Assembly: GCA_963826785.1 (NCBI GenBank)
Contig: CAWGYD010000010.1
Coordinates: 160,001-224,000, forward strand
DNA length: 64,000 bases
Direction: 5' to 3'
DNA from: an uncultured delta proteobacterium
Lineage (GTDB): Bacteria > Desulfobacterota > Desulfobacteria > Desulfobacterales > Desulfosalsimonadaceae
The position numbers and the translations under genes were made by a program. Shown here piece after piece: positions 1-11,069 of this stretch. Positions within the stretch are counted from its first letter, which is position 1. Every line of letters starts with the position of its first letter. Below the pieces are notes generated by a model. The model ran no database searches, had not been told where the DNA came from, and worked only from the letters and a program-made list of their open reading frames with translations.

Positions 1-106
1 GCCCGTCACGGAAGGTCAGGTCCATGATTTTCACCGGGTTTTGCGCTTTCGGCCGGTCCTTGCCAAATTCTATTGATGTCATCTTTACCTGAAAATGATC
101 TGTCAT
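1..106 (-). CDS. Pyruvate carboxylase subunit B / oxaloacetate decarboxylase alpha / transcarboxylase 5S family, N-terminal part (runs off the window)
   Basis: Manual translation from ATG at 106: MTDHFQVKMTSIEFGKDRPKAQNPVKIMDLTFRDG, matching the start of the D-x-T-x-R-D-G motif. AGGAGAG RBS at 111-117; lies downstream of the carboxyltransferase. Confidence 0.75.
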   Translation of the reverse strand, partial: MTDHFQVKMTSIEFGKDRPKAQNPVKIMDLTFRDG

Positions 107-175
107 AAGGCTCTCCTGTTTAAAAATCCTGTGGCGATGCGGCAATCCTGATCATTGCTGCCGGTATTTCACCTG

Positions 176-406
176 TTAGCGTATTCTGTGAAAGGCCTTC
201 ATCTGCATCAGACTCCGCATCTGCATTTGCGCCTGACGGCCGGTGGTTCCCCATAGGTTGATGTCAGGCGGTGCACAAAGGGATGCAGGTGCGGGTTCCG
301 CCTGGCCGGCCTGGGCCGCAAACTGGGCGGCGGCTTCGGCCTCGGTCTTCAGAAACTGGGCCACACCCGCGATGGCCGCCAATTTTTTCTTTCGCTTTTC
401 ATCCAT
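176..406 (-). CDS. Small Ala-rich protein, possible accessory (epsilon-like) subunit of the acyl-CoA carboxylase/transcarboxylase
   Basis: MDEKRKKKLAAIAGVAQFL...NLWGTTGRQ: a helix, an Ala/Pro linker and a W-x3-GR tail. Sits between two carboxyltransferase genes; start codon uncertain. Confidence 0.6.
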   Translation of the reverse strand: MDEKRKKKLAAIAGVAQFLKTEAEAAAQFAAQAGQAEPAPASLCAPPDINLWGTTGRQAQMQMRSLMQMKAFHRIR

Positions 407-467
407 TGAGTCAACCCTATATATTTTCAATAAGTTGTTATAGCGAATATAATTGTTTACATTAAGT

Positions 468-2018
468 TTATGCGGGTATGTTGCCGTGCTTTTTCGGCGG
501 CAGGGTCATGCGTTTGTTGTACATGATCTCCAGCGCTTCGATGAGCCGGGGCCGGGTTTCGCTGGGGATGATGATGTCATCGATGTATCCCCGCTGGGCG
601 GCCTTGTACGGATTGGAAAACAGCTTCCGGTATTCCTCAATCTTTTCCTTGCGCTTGGCACCCGGATCGGACGCGCTGGTGATCTCCTTGCGGTGGATGA
701 TGTTGGCGGCCCCTTCGGCCCCCATCACCGCAATCTCGGCCGAGGGCCAGGCAAAAGCGATGTCCGCCCCCAGGTGCTTTGAAGACATGGCGATATAGGC
801 GCCGCCGTAATCTTTGCGCACGATCAGCAGCAGCTTGGGCACAGTGGCTTCCGAATAGCACCACAGCAGCTTTGCGCCATGTCGGATAATGCCGCCCCAT
901 TCCTGGTTGCTTCCGGGCATGTATCCCGGGACATCGGAGATGGTCAGCAATGGGATGTTGAAGGCGTCGCAGAAACGGATAAACCGGGTGGCCTTGTCCG
1001 AGGCGTCGATGTCCAGGCAGCCGGCCAGAAAATTGGGCTGGTTGGCGATGATGCCGATGGTCTTGCCGTTCAATCGCGCCAGGCAGACGATCATGTTTTT
1101 GGCAAAATGCTCGTGGGGTTCGAAAAACTCGCCGTTGTCGACAATGGTGGAAATGATCGTCTTCATGTCATAGGGACGGTTGGGGTCTTCGGGAACGAAG
1201 CTGTCCAGCTCCGGCGAAGTCCGCTTGGGATCATCACCGGTTTCCACCACCGGCGGGTCGGCCATGTTGTTTGACGGCAGGTACGACAGCAGCTGCTTGA
1301 TCCGGTGGATGGTGTCTTCTTCCGATTCGCAGGCGAAATGCGCCACCCCGCTCTTCTCATTGTGGGCCATGGCGCCGCCCAGATCCTCGAAGGAAATCGA
1401 CTCTCCGGTGACCGACTTGATCACCTCGGGGCCGGTGATGAACATATGACTGGTATTTTTCACCATAAAGATCCAGTCGGTCATGGCCGGGGAATACACC
1501 GCACCGCCGGCGGTGGGCCCCATGATGGCCGATATCTGGGGAATCACCCCGGAAGAGATGGAGTTGCGGTAAAAAATCTCCCCGTACCCCGAAAGGGCGT
1601 CCACACCTTCCTGGATGCGCGCGCCGCCGGAATCGTTGAATCCCACTACGGGAGCGCCCGCCTTCAAGGCCAGATCCATGATCTTGCAAATCTTTTTGGC
1701 ATGCATTTCGCCCAGGGTGCCGGCGCGCGACGTAAAATCCTGGGCAAAGGCGAACACGGGCCGTCCGTCCACCTGCCCGTAGCCAGTGATCACCCCGTCG
1801 GCTGGAATCTCCACCTTTTCCATCCCGAAATTCGTGCACCGGTGCTGAACGAACATGTCCATTTCCCTGAAGGTTCCGGCGTCATAGAGCATTTCAAGGC
1901 GTTCCCGGGCGGTCAACTTTCCCTTTCCCTTATGGGCCGCCACCTGCTTTTCGCCGCCCAATTGCATTAATTTCGCTCTGAGCGTCTTGAGTTCATTGAT
2001 TTTGTCACTCGCCATCAT
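468..2018 (-). CDS. Methylmalonyl-CoA carboxyltransferase / propionyl-CoA carboxylase beta subunit
   Basis: 516 aa with DSGGARIQEG, GGAVYSPAMTD, DVPGYMPG, GIIRHGAK and terminal KKHGNIP motifs. Confidence 0.95.
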   Translation of the reverse strand: MMASDKINELKTLRAKLMQLGGEKQVAAHKGKGKLTARERLEMLYDAGTFREMDMFVQHRCTNFGMEKVEIPADGVITGYGQVDGRPVFAFAQDFTSRAGTLGEMHAKKICKIMDLALKAGAPVVGFNDSGGARIQEGVDALSGYGEIFYRNSISSGVIPQISAIMGPTAGGAVYSPAMTDWIFMVKNTSHMFITGPEVIKSVTGESISFEDLGGAMAHNEKSGVAHFACESEEDTIHRIKQLLSYLPSNNMADPPVVETGDDPKRTSPELDSFVPEDPNRPYDMKTIISTIVDNGEFFEPHEHFAKNMIVCLARLNGKTIGIIANQPNFLAGCLDIDASDKATRFIRFCDAFNIPLLTISDVPGYMPGSNQEWGGIIRHGAKLLWCYSEATVPKLLLIVRKDYGGAYIAMSSKHLGADIAFAWPSAEIAVMGAEGAANIIHRKEITSASDPGAKRKEKIEEYRKLFSNPYKAAQRGYIDDIIIPSETRPRLIEALEIMYNKRMTLPPKKHGNIPA

Positions 2019-2188
2019 GTCATCCTTTCGGCTCTTTCACACAGATTAGACTGCTGCAACATGTCAGAGATTTTCATTATATTCTCTCGCCAGCGCGCCG
2101 GAAACCGTACAAATCAAATCTTTCCAGGCGTTTTTTGCAAGAGTCGTTTATAGAGGCCATCGGATATTTTGGGTTCGGGCATCCGCCT

Positions 2189-3169
2189 TCAGACCTCGGT
2201 TTTCAGTTTTCCCAGCAGCTGTTTCACCGCGGCCGTGGGCGTGACTTCCCCTTTTTCGACTGCCCTTGTCAGCTCGGAAAGGGACTGTTTTACTGAAGGA
2301 AGCCGGTAAAACCATTGTTTCAATCCTTCGTCGAGCATCTGCCCCGTCCAGTCCAGTGCCTGCTGCTTTCGTTTTTCGGTCAGCTCGCCGGTTGCGGAGA
2401 GCTGCCGGCGGTGGCCCATCACCGTTTGCCAGATTTCCTCGATTCCGGTCATGGTCATCGCGCTGCAGGTGAGAACGGACGGCTTCCAGGAACTCACAGG
2501 AGCCAGGAGACCAAACGCATCCGCATAAGCGTTTCGTGTTTTCTCCGCCTTTTCCACGTTGTCACCGTCGGCCTTATTCACCGCCACCGCGTCGGCAAGC
2601 TCCAGAATCCCGCGTTTCATCCCCTGCAGTTCATCACCGGCACCGGCCAGGAGCAGCACCAGGAAAAAATCGACCATGGATGCCACCGTGGTTTCAGACT
2701 GGCCCACCCCGACGGTTTCCACCATGATGACATCGTATCCGGCGGCTTCGCAGACCAGCATCGATTCACGGGTCTTGCGCGAAACGCCACCCAGTGTCCC
2801 CCCGGAAGGGGATGGTCGGACAAACACGTTTGGGTGCACTGACAGCGTTTCCATCCGGGTTTTATCCCCCATGATGGACCCGCCGCTTCTGCTGCTGCTC
2901 GGGTCCACCGCCAGAACCGCCAGCCGGTGTCCCTGGTCGGTCAGAAATTTCCCCAGGCTTTCAATAAAGGTGCTCTTGCCTGCCCCGGGAACGCCGGTGA
3001 TGCCCAGGCGGACCGCATTTCCGGTGAACGGCAGCAGACCGTCCAGGACAATGGCCGTCAGTTCCTGGTGGTCGGCCAGTGAGCTTTCTACCAGGGTGAT
3101 GGTTCTGGACAATATCTTTCGATCCCCGGACCGGACGCCTTCGATATAATATCGGGGATCATGGATCAT
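2189..3169 (-). CDS. meaB: Methylmalonyl-CoA mutase-associated GTPase MeaB
   Basis: GITGVPGAGKST, AVDPSS, ETVGVGQSE and NKAD motifs; start overlaps the mutase stop codon. Confidence 0.95.
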   Translation of the reverse strand: MIHDPRYYIEGVRSGDRKILSRTITLVESSLADHQELTAIVLDGLLPFTGNAVRLGITGVPGAGKSTFIESLGKFLTDQGHRLAVLAVDPSSSRSGGSIMGDKTRMETLSVHPNVFVRPSPSGGTLGGVSRKTRESMLVCEAAGYDVIMVETVGVGQSETTVASMVDFFLVLLLAGAGDELQGMKRGILELADAVAVNKADGDNVEKAEKTRNAYADAFGLLAPVSSWKPSVLTCSAMTMTGIEEIWQTVMGHRRQLSATGELTEKRKQQALDWTGQMLDEGLKQWFYRLPSVKQSLSELTRAVEKGEVTPTAAVKQLLGKLKTEV

Positions 3170-5295
3170 TATGCCTGCTCCAGGATATTGAGCACCTGGT
3201 TGGCCGAATCGGTGATGATGGTGCCCGGCCCGAAAACTTTGGAGGCCCCGGCATTGAAGAGAAAATCATAGTCCGCCGGCGGGATGATCCCCCCCACCAC
3301 GACCTTGATCTCTTCCCCGCCTTCCTTTTTGAGCGCGGAAATGAGTTCGGGTACCAGGATCTTGTGCCCGGCAGCCAGGCTGGACACCCCCACCACATGG
3401 ACATCGTTGTCAATCGCCATACGGGCGGCTTCTTCCGGCGTCTGGAACATGGGGCTGATATCCACGTCGAATCCCATGTCCGCAAACGCGGTGGCCACCA
3501 CCTTGATCCCCCGGTCATGACCATCCTGGCCCATCTTGGTCACCAGAATGCGGGGCCGGCGGCCGTGTTTTTCGGCAAAATTCTCGATGCGCTTGCGGAT
3601 GGATGCGATGATTTCGCTGTCCTGGTATTCAGACGCGTAAACGCCCGAAATGCACTGGGTGGTCGCCACAAACCGGCCGAACACGGTTTCCAGTGCGTCG
3701 GAAATCTCCCCCAGGGTAGCCCGGGCGCGAACCGCGGCAATACTGGCTTCAAGGAGATTCCCATTGCTTTTGGCCGCCTGGGTCAGGTTGGAAAGGGCCT
3801 GCTGGACCGCTTCGCTGTCCCGGGTTTGCTTGATGTGTTTGATGCGCTCGACCTGTTCGTTTCGAACTTCAGCGGAGATTTCGCGCACCTCGATGGGTGC
3901 TTCGTCTTCCACCTGGTATTTGTTCACCCCCACGATGACATCCTTGCCCTGGTCAATGCGGGCCTGCCGGCGGGCGGCCGATTCCTCGACGCGCATCTTG
4001 GGCATGCCGGAGGTGATGGCCTTGGCCATGCCGCCCAGGCCTTCCACTTCTTTGATGATTTTACGGGCTTCTTCGATGATCGAATGCGTCAGCGACTCCA
4101 CATAATAGGATCCGCCCAGGGGATCCACCACCCGGGTGACCTGGGATTCCTCGGCAACGATGATCTGCGTGTTGCGGGCGACCCGCGCGGAAATATCAGT
4201 GGGAAGGCTCACCGCCTCATCGAAGGAATTGGTGTGCAGCGACTGGGTTCCCCCCAGGACTGCGGCCAGGCACTCCAGGGTGGTCCGGATGATGTTGTTG
4301 TAGGGATCCTGCTGGGTCAGGCTCCATCCGGAGGTCTGGCAGTGGGTGCGCAGCATCAGCGATGTCGGTTTCTTGGGATTAAACTGCTTCATCATCTCCG
4401 CCCACAGATACCGGGCAGCCCGCAGCATGGCGATTTCCATGAAGAAATTCATGCCGATGCCGAAGAAAAAGGAGAGCCGGGGGGCGAAATCGTCGATGTC
4501 CAGGCCCGCATTCAGGGCGGCTTTGACGTATTCCAGGCCGTCGGCCAGGGTGAAGGCCGTCTGCAGCACCGAATCCGCACCCGCCTCCATCATGTGATAC
4601 CCGCTGATGCTCACCGTGTTGAACTTGGGCATGTGCGTCGAGCAGTAGCCGATGATGTCAGACACGATCCGCATGGAGGGTTCCGGCGGATAGATGTAGG
4701 TGTTCCGGGTGAGGTACTCCTTTAATATGTCGTTCTGGATGGTGCCGGTGAGCTTCTCCTGGGAAACCCCCTGCTCCTCGGCGGCCACGATGTAGCCGGC
4801 CAGAACCGGAAGCACGGCGCCGTTCATGGTCATGGAGACCGACATCTGATCCAGGGGGATACCGTCGAACAGGATCTTCATGTCTTCGATGGAATCGACC
4901 GGAACCCCGGCTTTTCCCACGTCGCCGATGACCCGGGGATGATCCGAATCATAGCCCCGATGGGTGGGAAGATCAAAGGCGACGGAAAGCCCTTTCTGGC
5001 CGGCAGCCAATGCTTTTCGATAAAACTGGTTGGATTCCCGGGCCGTGGAAAACCCGGCATACTGCCGAATGGTCCAGGGCCGGTTGGTGTACATGGTCGC
5101 CCGGACGCCGCGGACGAAAGGCGACATTCCGGGCAGGGTATCGACTGCGTCAAGCGCTTCGAGATCGGCTTTCGTATACAGGGGCTTGATGGTAATCCCC
5201 TCGGGGGTGGTCCGGCTCAGTTCCTCCAGCGGTTTTCCCCGCAGCTCCTTTTCGGAAAGTTTGACCCATTTTTCAAAATCTGGATGTTCAGGCAT
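3169..5295 (-). CDS. scpA: Methylmalonyl-CoA mutase (B12-dependent)
   Basis: 708 aa with [18 protein letters not shown] and the B12-binding [10 protein letters not shown] motif. Confidence 0.97.
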   Translation of the reverse strand: MPEHPDFEKWVKLSEKELRGKPLEELSRTTPEGITIKPLYTKADLEALDAVDTLPGMSPFVRGVRATMYTNRPWTIRQYAGFSTARESNQFYRKALAAGQKGLSVAFDLPTHRGYDSDHPRVIGDVGKAGVPVDSIEDMKILFDGIPLDQMSVSMTMNGAVLPVLAGYIVAAEEQGVSQEKLTGTIQNDILKEYLTRNTYIYPPEPSMRIVSDIIGYCSTHMPKFNTVSISGYHMMEAGADSVLQTAFTLADGLEYVKAALNAGLDIDDFAPRLSFFFGIGMNFFMEIAMLRAARYLWAEMMKQFNPKKPTSLMLRTHCQTSGWSLTQQDPYNNIIRTTLECLAAVLGGTQSLHTNSFDEAVSLPTDISARVARNTQIIVAEESQVTRVVDPLGGSYYVESLTHSIIEEARKIIKEVEGLGGMAKAITSGMPKMRVEESAARRQARIDQGKDVIVGVNKYQVEDEAPIEVREISAEVRNEQVERIKHIKQTRDSEAVQQALSNLTQAAKSNGNLLEASIAAVRARATLGEISDALETVFGRFVATTQCISGVYASEYQDSEIIASIRKRIENFAEKHGRRPRILVTKMGQDGHDRGIKVVATAFADMGFDVDISPMFQTPEEAARMAIDNDVHVVGVSSLAAGHKILVPELISALKKEGGEEIKVVVGGIIPPADYDFLFNAGASKVFGPGTIITDSANQVLNILEQA

Positions 5296-5334
5296 GGCCG
5301 CGCTCCTTCGAGAATAAAATAAAAAAAAATATGG

Positions 5335-5739
5335 CTACCGCTCACATAATTCAACCAGCACGCCGTTGGTGGACTTGGGGTGCAGAAAGGCGATTTTGGC
5401 GCCGCCCGCACCTTTACGCGGGGTCTCGTCAATCAGACGAACACCCTTCTGCTTGAGTTCCGCCAGTGCGGCCTCGATGTTTTCCACCCGAAAGGCCACA
5501 TGCTGGATCCCTTCGCCCTTTTTTTCGATGAATTTGGCCACCGGACCATCCGGTGCGGTGGACTCGAGCAGTTCCACTTCGCTTTCCCCCACCGGGAAAA
5601 AAGCGGTTTTGACTTTCTGGGCTTCAACGGTTTCATCGCCTTGAAAATCAAGCCCGAGAATTCCGGTCCAGAATCCTTTGCCGTCATCAATGCTGTTTAC
5701 CGCGATTCCGATATGATCGACTTTCAATATTTTCATCAT
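5335..5739 (-). CDS. mce: Methylmalonyl-CoA epimerase
   Basis: VOC-fold motifs [15 protein letters not shown] and [16 protein letters not shown]. Confidence 0.95.
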   Translation of the reverse strand: MMKILKVDHIGIAVNSIDDGKGFWTGILGLDFQGDETVEAQKVKTAFFPVGESEVELLESTAPDGPVAKFIEKKGEGIQHVAFRVENIEAALAELKQKGVRLIDETPRKGAGGAKIAFLHPKSTNGVLVELCER

Positions 5740-5793
5740 TCACCTCTCATCCGTTTACGGGGTATGGGATGTAAAATCCGGGTCACGCCTATT

Positions 5794-6426
5794 CTAATGC
5801 GGACGCCGGATGCCGTCAAAAATGACCCGGCTGATCTCTTTCTGAAAACCTTCCGCATCGATGTCTCCGTTGTGTATCAGGGCGGGCAGCGCCATATGCT
5901 CGATAGCCCCCAGAATGATCTGGCGGATAGACTGGGGGGAGACGTCATCGCGGATTTCCTTTTCAGCCATTCCTTCCTTGATGGCGGAAAGAATCAGGTT
6001 GGTGTACTCCTTAATTTTAAGATACGTCTCGCTTTCGAAATAGCCCGGATAGTTTCGGACTTCGATCAGCAGCATCCGGGAAAAAACACGGTCGCCGTCA
6101 TAGAATTCGATGGAGGAGCGAATCATCCGGCCCAGTTTTTTCAGGGCGCTGTCGGTGCCCGACATGTCCCGGGAAACCTGCCGGACAAAGTCATCGAGAT
6201 GCTCCTTGAGAACCTGGTGCAAAAGTCCGCGCTTATCCCCGAAATACCGATAGATCAGGGATTCGTTGACCCCGGATTCATTGGAAATCTCCGAGGTGGT
6301 AATGGAGTTGAAATCCTTTTTCTCCAGAAGCTTGCGCAGTGCATTGGCGATCTTGATGCGGCCAGGAGGCCCTTCTGTGCTGGTGAAGGTTCTGGGTCGG
6401 ACTGGGCTTGTTTTGGAATCGGCCAT
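5794..6426 (-). CDS. TetR/AcrR family transcriptional regulator
   Basis: HTH FNSITTSEISNESGVNESLIYRYFGDK; likely start ATG at 6426; first gene of the mce-scpA run. Confidence 0.9.
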   Translation of the reverse strand: MADSKTSPVRPRTFTSTEGPPGRIKIANALRKLLEKKDFNSITTSEISNESGVNESLIYRYFGDKRGLLHQVLKEHLDDFVRQVSRDMSGTDSALKKLGRMIRSSIEFYDGDRVFSRMLLIEVRNYPGYFESETYLKIKEYTNLILSAIKEGMAEKEIRDDVSPQSIRQIILGAIEHMALPALIHNGDIDAEGFQKEISRVIFDGIRRPH

Positions 6427-6470
6427 GGCAAGTAAATGTGTGTTCCGAAATCGGGTTTTGGATTTTCTGA

Positions 6471-6492
6471 AATGTTGTAAGTAACATTTACA
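6471..6492. promoter_or_regulatory. Overlapping inverted repeats, candidate TetR operator
   Basis: AATGTT-N6-AACATT (6471-6488) overlaps TGTAA-N7-TTACA (6476-6492), about 45 bp upstream of the TetR start. Confidence 0.4.
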
Positions 6493-6651
6493 TACATAAA
6501 ATTGCCCTGTCAACCATTTTTCAGGTGATTTTAAATTTCATGCACGGGTTCGGCGTTTTTAGATTATTTCCGGGCGAAAATCGATTGAAGCGCGGGCACA
6601 GCCGGGGAAGGATGATCTTTTAAATGTTGATGCATTCCTGAAATTGTTGAT

Positions 6652-8976
6652 CTATTTGATGCAGACCTTGCGAACTTCCAGAAGATCCGTGTACCCGTCG
6701 AGAATTTTTTCAATGCCGTCCTGCTTGAGGGTGGTCATCCCTTCTGCGATGGCCTGCTCCCGTATCTGGTGCATGGTGGCCCGGGTCTGTATCATCTCCT
6801 TGATCCGGTCGGAGCCCACGAGCAGTTCATGGAGCCCCATCCGGCCCCGGTAGCCCGTGTTGTTGCACATATCGCACCCTTCGGGCTTATAGAGAACCAG
6901 ATCGTTGGTGTATGGGATATTCACGTTCTTTTCGAAGAGTTGAGGGTCGTACTCCCGGACCAGTTCGTCATACTCGGATTTGCTGGGCTGATAGGATTTC
7001 TTGCAGTTCTTGCAAAGGGTGCGGACCAGGCGCTGGGCAAGGATTGCCAGGAGGGCATCGGCAAAATTGAAGGGGTCCATGCCCATGTCCAGAAGACGGG
7101 TCACGCTTTCCGGGGCGCTGTTGGTGTGCAGGGTGGAAAAAACCAGGTGCCCGGTCAATGACGCCTCGATGCCGATCTGGGTGGTTTCCCGGTCCCGCAT
7201 TTCACCCACCATGATCACGTCCGGGTCCGCCCGGAGAAAAGAGCGCATGGCGGCGGCAAAATCGAACCCGATCTTGGGATGGACCTGCACCTGCCGGAGT
7301 CCCTTCTGGGTAATTTCCACCGGGTCTTCCGCCGTCCAGATCTTGCGCTCCACCTTGTTGATATAGGAAAGCGCCGAGTGCAGGGTGGTGGTTTTACCCG
7401 AACCGGTGGGACCGCAGCAGAAGATCAGGCCATACGGATTGATAATCGCCTTTATGAAATTTTCATAATTGCGTTCGGAAAATCCCATTTTGTCCAGGGG
7501 GATGGGCTCGCCGGCGGCCAGAAGCCGCATGACCACATCTTCCAGTCCGCCCTGGGTGGGGACCGTGGCCACCCGGAGTTCGATGTCCTTCCCGCCGTAT
7601 TTTTTGAATCTGATTTTGCCGTCCTGGGGCTTGCGCCGTTCGGCAATATCTAAGTCCGCCATGATCTTGATCCGGGAGACCACCGCCGCCTTGTAGCTGT
7701 AGGGAATGGTCTGGTAAAGCGCGCAGGCCCCGTCCACCCGGATCCGGACCTGGGTGTTCTGTTTGCCGGGATAAGGTTCCAGGTGTATGTCGGATGCACC
7801 CCGGGCATGGGCATCTAAAATAATCTTGTTGACCAGCTGAACCACGGCACTGCTCTGTTCGGAAACGGCGGAGGTTTCCTCCTCGATTTCGTCGTCTTCT
7901 TCCTTGAGTTTCGAAATGATTTCATCGATGGAGGACATCTCTTTGTGATCGGAGCTGAAATGATCGATCATCCGGGAAATGACCTCTTTGAGCGCGAAGG
8001 CCAGCTTGACCGTTTTACCCGGGAAAAGGGAGCGGATCTCATCCACCCGCTTGATGTCTTCCGGGTTGTCGATGGCAATCACCACGTCCCCGTTTTCCGA
8101 CCGAACGGGCACCCAGGCGTTGTTGCGCAGAAAACCGACTTTCAGCCCCGCCATCAGATCTCCGGGGATGGGCATGTTTTCGGAAAACTCGATCAGCGGC
8201 AGGTCATAATACCGGCTGAGGGCCTGGCCGATATCCTTGGGGGAAATTTTAAAATCCTGGATCAGAATCTTCTCGATATGGGTTTTCTTTTCCCGGGCGG
8301 CCGCCACCGCCCGTCCGAGTTCCTTCTGGGTCAGAATATGATTTTCCAGAAGATAATCGAATTTACTCTTGCGGCTGGTGGCCATCTTCTTCTGCTTGTA
8401 CAGCGCAATGCCCATGATATTGGACAATTCGGTCACGTTTTCCTCATCGCGCGTGACGAAGGGCCCCCCGGATTTGCGGTTGATCAGCTGAATGACGCCT
8501 AAAACGAAGGATTTGAAAATGATGGGGGCGGCCAGAACCTGCTTGGTGCTGAACCCCGTCTTTTTGTCCCAGCTTTTATCGAAATTGAGTTCCGGATCGA
8601 TATCCGAAAGCTCTTTTTCATCATACACGTTCTTGATATTGAGCTGTTTCTGATGGTAGGCGGTATAGCCGGCGATGCTGTTGTTGGAGATGGGCACCCG
8701 GATTTCCGACACCTCTGTTCCCGACTTGAACCGCGAAACCAGTTCCCGCTTGACCCCGTCCACATAATAGATGGTGATCCGCTCGGCGCCCACCAGATCG
8801 ACAATATCATTTTTCAGATCGATCAGGATTTCATCCAGATTGAAGGCGGCATAAATGGCATTTGAGATTTCCTGCAGCTTGGTTCGGTATTCCACCTCTG
8901 ATTTGAGGTTTTGAACATCCGAATCCTTGTTGTAAAGGGCTGAAGGTTCACTTTTGATTTTGCTGCTTGCCTCCAT
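6652..8976 (-). CDS. GAF-domain-fused GspE/PilB family ATPase
   Basis: N-terminal GAF-like region (IAGYTA...NFDKSWDKKTGF...VIQLIN), ASDIHLEP, GPTGSGKTTT, EDPVE, LRADPDVIMVGEMRD, STLHTN and a CKNC/CDMC Zn motif. Confidence 0.92.
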   Translation of the reverse strand: MEASSKIKSEPSALYNKDSDVQNLKSEVEYRTKLQEISNAIYAAFNLDEILIDLKNDIVDLVGAERITIYYVDGVKRELVSRFKSGTEVSEIRVPISNNSIAGYTAYHQKQLNIKNVYDEKELSDIDPELNFDKSWDKKTGFSTKQVLAAPIIFKSFVLGVIQLINRKSGGPFVTRDEENVTELSNIMGIALYKQKKMATSRKSKFDYLLENHILTQKELGRAVAAAREKKTHIEKILIQDFKISPKDIGQALSRYYDLPLIEFSENMPIPGDLMAGLKVGFLRNNAWVPVRSENGDVVIAIDNPEDIKRVDEIRSLFPGKTVKLAFALKEVISRMIDHFSSDHKEMSSIDEIISKLKEEDDEIEEETSAVSEQSSAVVQLVNKIILDAHARGASDIHLEPYPGKQNTQVRIRVDGACALYQTIPYSYKAAVVSRIKIMADLDIAERRKPQDGKIRFKKYGGKDIELRVATVPTQGGLEDVVMRLLAAGEPIPLDKMGFSERNYENFIKAIINPYGLIFCCGPTGSGKTTTLHSALSYINKVERKIWTAEDPVEITQKGLRQVQVHPKIGFDFAAAMRSFLRADPDVIMVGEMRDRETTQIGIEASLTGHLVFSTLHTNSAPESVTRLLDMGMDPFNFADALLAILAQRLVRTLCKNCKKSYQPSKSEYDELVREYDPQLFEKNVNIPYTNDLVLYKPEGCDMCNNTGYRGRMGLHELLVGSDRIKEMIQTRATMHQIREQAIAEGMTTLKQDGIEKILDGYTDLLEVRKVCIK

Positions 8977-9014
8977 AACGTCCTCCGTCTTGATGAATAA
9001 CCCTGCGGGATGAA

Positions 9015-9263
9015 TCAGCGCTTCTGCGTCGGTTCATGCGGGCCATAGATGCCGTATAGTTTCCGGATTCCACCACCGGCCAGCAAAATCACCATCAAAT
9101 AAAAAGTGATTCGGATCAGCGGAAGTACCGTCGTGAAATAAGGGATGGTGGCGACTCTTTCCATGACTGCGGGAATGCGAAAAAAAACGGCAATCGCCAT
9201 CAGCGTAAGAGCGATTCCCCAGACCGTCTGCAGGGTTTTTGAGCGTTGGGTATCGGATTTCAT
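9015..9263 (-). CDS. Small membrane protein (two predicted TM helices), unknown function
   Basis: 82 aa with two hydrophobic segments; co-oriented just upstream of the GspE-like gene. Confidence 0.7.
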   Translation of the reverse strand: MKSDTQRSKTLQTVWGIALTLMAIAVFFRIPAVMERVATIPYFTTVLPLIRITFYLMVILLAGGGIRKLYGIYGPHEPTQKR

Positions 9264-9516
9264 GTATGATCGTCGAAGAGATAGATATCAATCAGTGAAT
9301 ACAATTTCTTCTGAGCAGGTAATATATCGCTAAGCCCAAAGGCTGTCAACTTGGATTCTTGTTTCCGGTCTTAAAAAAGCGCTTAAAATATCATTGGATT
9401 ATTATCCAGGCATTTATGGGGACATGCACCGTTATGGGATTTGAAAGGCGCCGGTTTGACGGATAGCCGATTTCTATGATATATTGCAACCATTGTGAAA
9501 ATGAAAAGGAGCAAAA

Positions 9517-11069
9517 TTGATGGATGATCCACCCTCCTATGAACATGAACTCAAGCTGCGCAATCTCATTCTGTCAGATTACCCGGATATCGAGAGCATC
9601 ATGGATATCGTTTACGACGGTATTGGCGGGGCATGGCGTTTTGATGAGTTCAAAAACCTGATCGACTGCTTTCCCAACGGCCAGATCTGCATCGAGGACA
9701 AGGGCCGGGTCGTTGCCGCGGCCCTGAGCCTGATCGTCAGCTATGACGACTTTGAAAACGCCCACTGTTATGAAGACATCATCAACAACGGGGGCATGGA
9801 CGGACATGATCCAGACGGCACCGCGCTTTACGGCATCGATGTCTTCGTGCATCCGGAATATCGCGGGCTTCGCCTGGGCCGGCGGCTCTATGACGCACGA
9901 AAAGAGCTCTGCGAGACCTTGAATCTGAAATGCATTCTGTTTGGCGGCCGCATTCCGGGATATTCCAAATACCAGGACCAGCTCACCCCCCAGGAATATA
10001 TCGGGAAAGTCAAAAACAACGAACTCTATGATCCGGTCCTTTCCTTTCAGCTTAAAAATGATTTCCATATCCGGAAAGTCATGAAGAATTATCTGCCCGA
10101 GGACGAAAAATCCATGTCCTACGGCGTTTTGATGGAATGGAACAATATTTACTATGAAAAGAAGAAGCGGCTGTTCGGGGGCGCAAGAGCTATCCGCGTT
10201 TAGGGGTGGTGCAGTGGCAGATGCGGCCTTTCAATTCATACGAGGATGTCATTCACCAGGCGGAATTCTTTATCGACGCCCTCTCCGGGTACAATTCCGA
10301 CCTGATCCTCTTTCCGGAACTGTTCAATGCGCCTCTGCTCCGGAATTTCAACCAGGAAAACCCGGCAGAAGCCATGCGTTCCATTGCGGAATACACGGTG
10401 CCCCTGCGCGACGAATTCATCCGGATGGCGCTGTCATACAACATCAATATCGTGGCCGGCAGCATGCCCGAATACAAGGAGGGCCACCTGTACAACGTAT
10501 CCTATCTGTGCCGCCGGGACGGGACCTGGGACAGCCAGTACAAGCTGCATATCACCCCGGACGAAGCCCAGTACTGGGGTCTGAACGGGGGCGATGACAT
10601 CCGCATCTTCGACACGGACATCGGCAAAATCGGCATCCTGGTCTGCTATGACATTGAATTCCCGGAACTTTCGCGTTACCTGGTGGAAAAGGGGATGAAC
10701 ATCCTGCTGGTCCCCTTCTGGACGGATACGAAAAACGCCTACCTCCGGGTGAGGCGATGCGCCCAGGCCCGGGCCATCGAGAACGAATGCTATGTCGCCA
10801 TATCGGGCAGCGTAGGCAACCTCCCCAAAGTGGCAAACATGGATATCCAGTATTCCCAGTCCGCGGTATTCACCCCTTCGGATTTTGCCTTCCCCCACGA
10901 TGCCATCGCCGCCGAGGCGACCCCCAACACGGAGATGACCCTGATGGTGGATCTGGATCTGGATCTGCTCAAGGAACTGCGGCATCAGGGGAGCGTCCGC
11001 AATATCAAGAGCCGTCGGCTGGATCTTTACAACATCATCTGGAAAAAGCCGGGTGCGAAAGAAAACTAA
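9517..11069 (+). pseudogene. Bifunctional GNAT acetyltransferase / carbon-nitrogen hydrolase, frameshifted (or sequencing error)
   Basis: GNAT ORF 9517-10203 (VHPEYRGLRLGRRL) and nitrilase ORF 10206-11069 (FPE, YKLH, VCYDIEFPE) join as LFGGRKSYPRLGVVQWQ if one G is added to the G5 run at 10177-10181. Confidence 0.85.
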
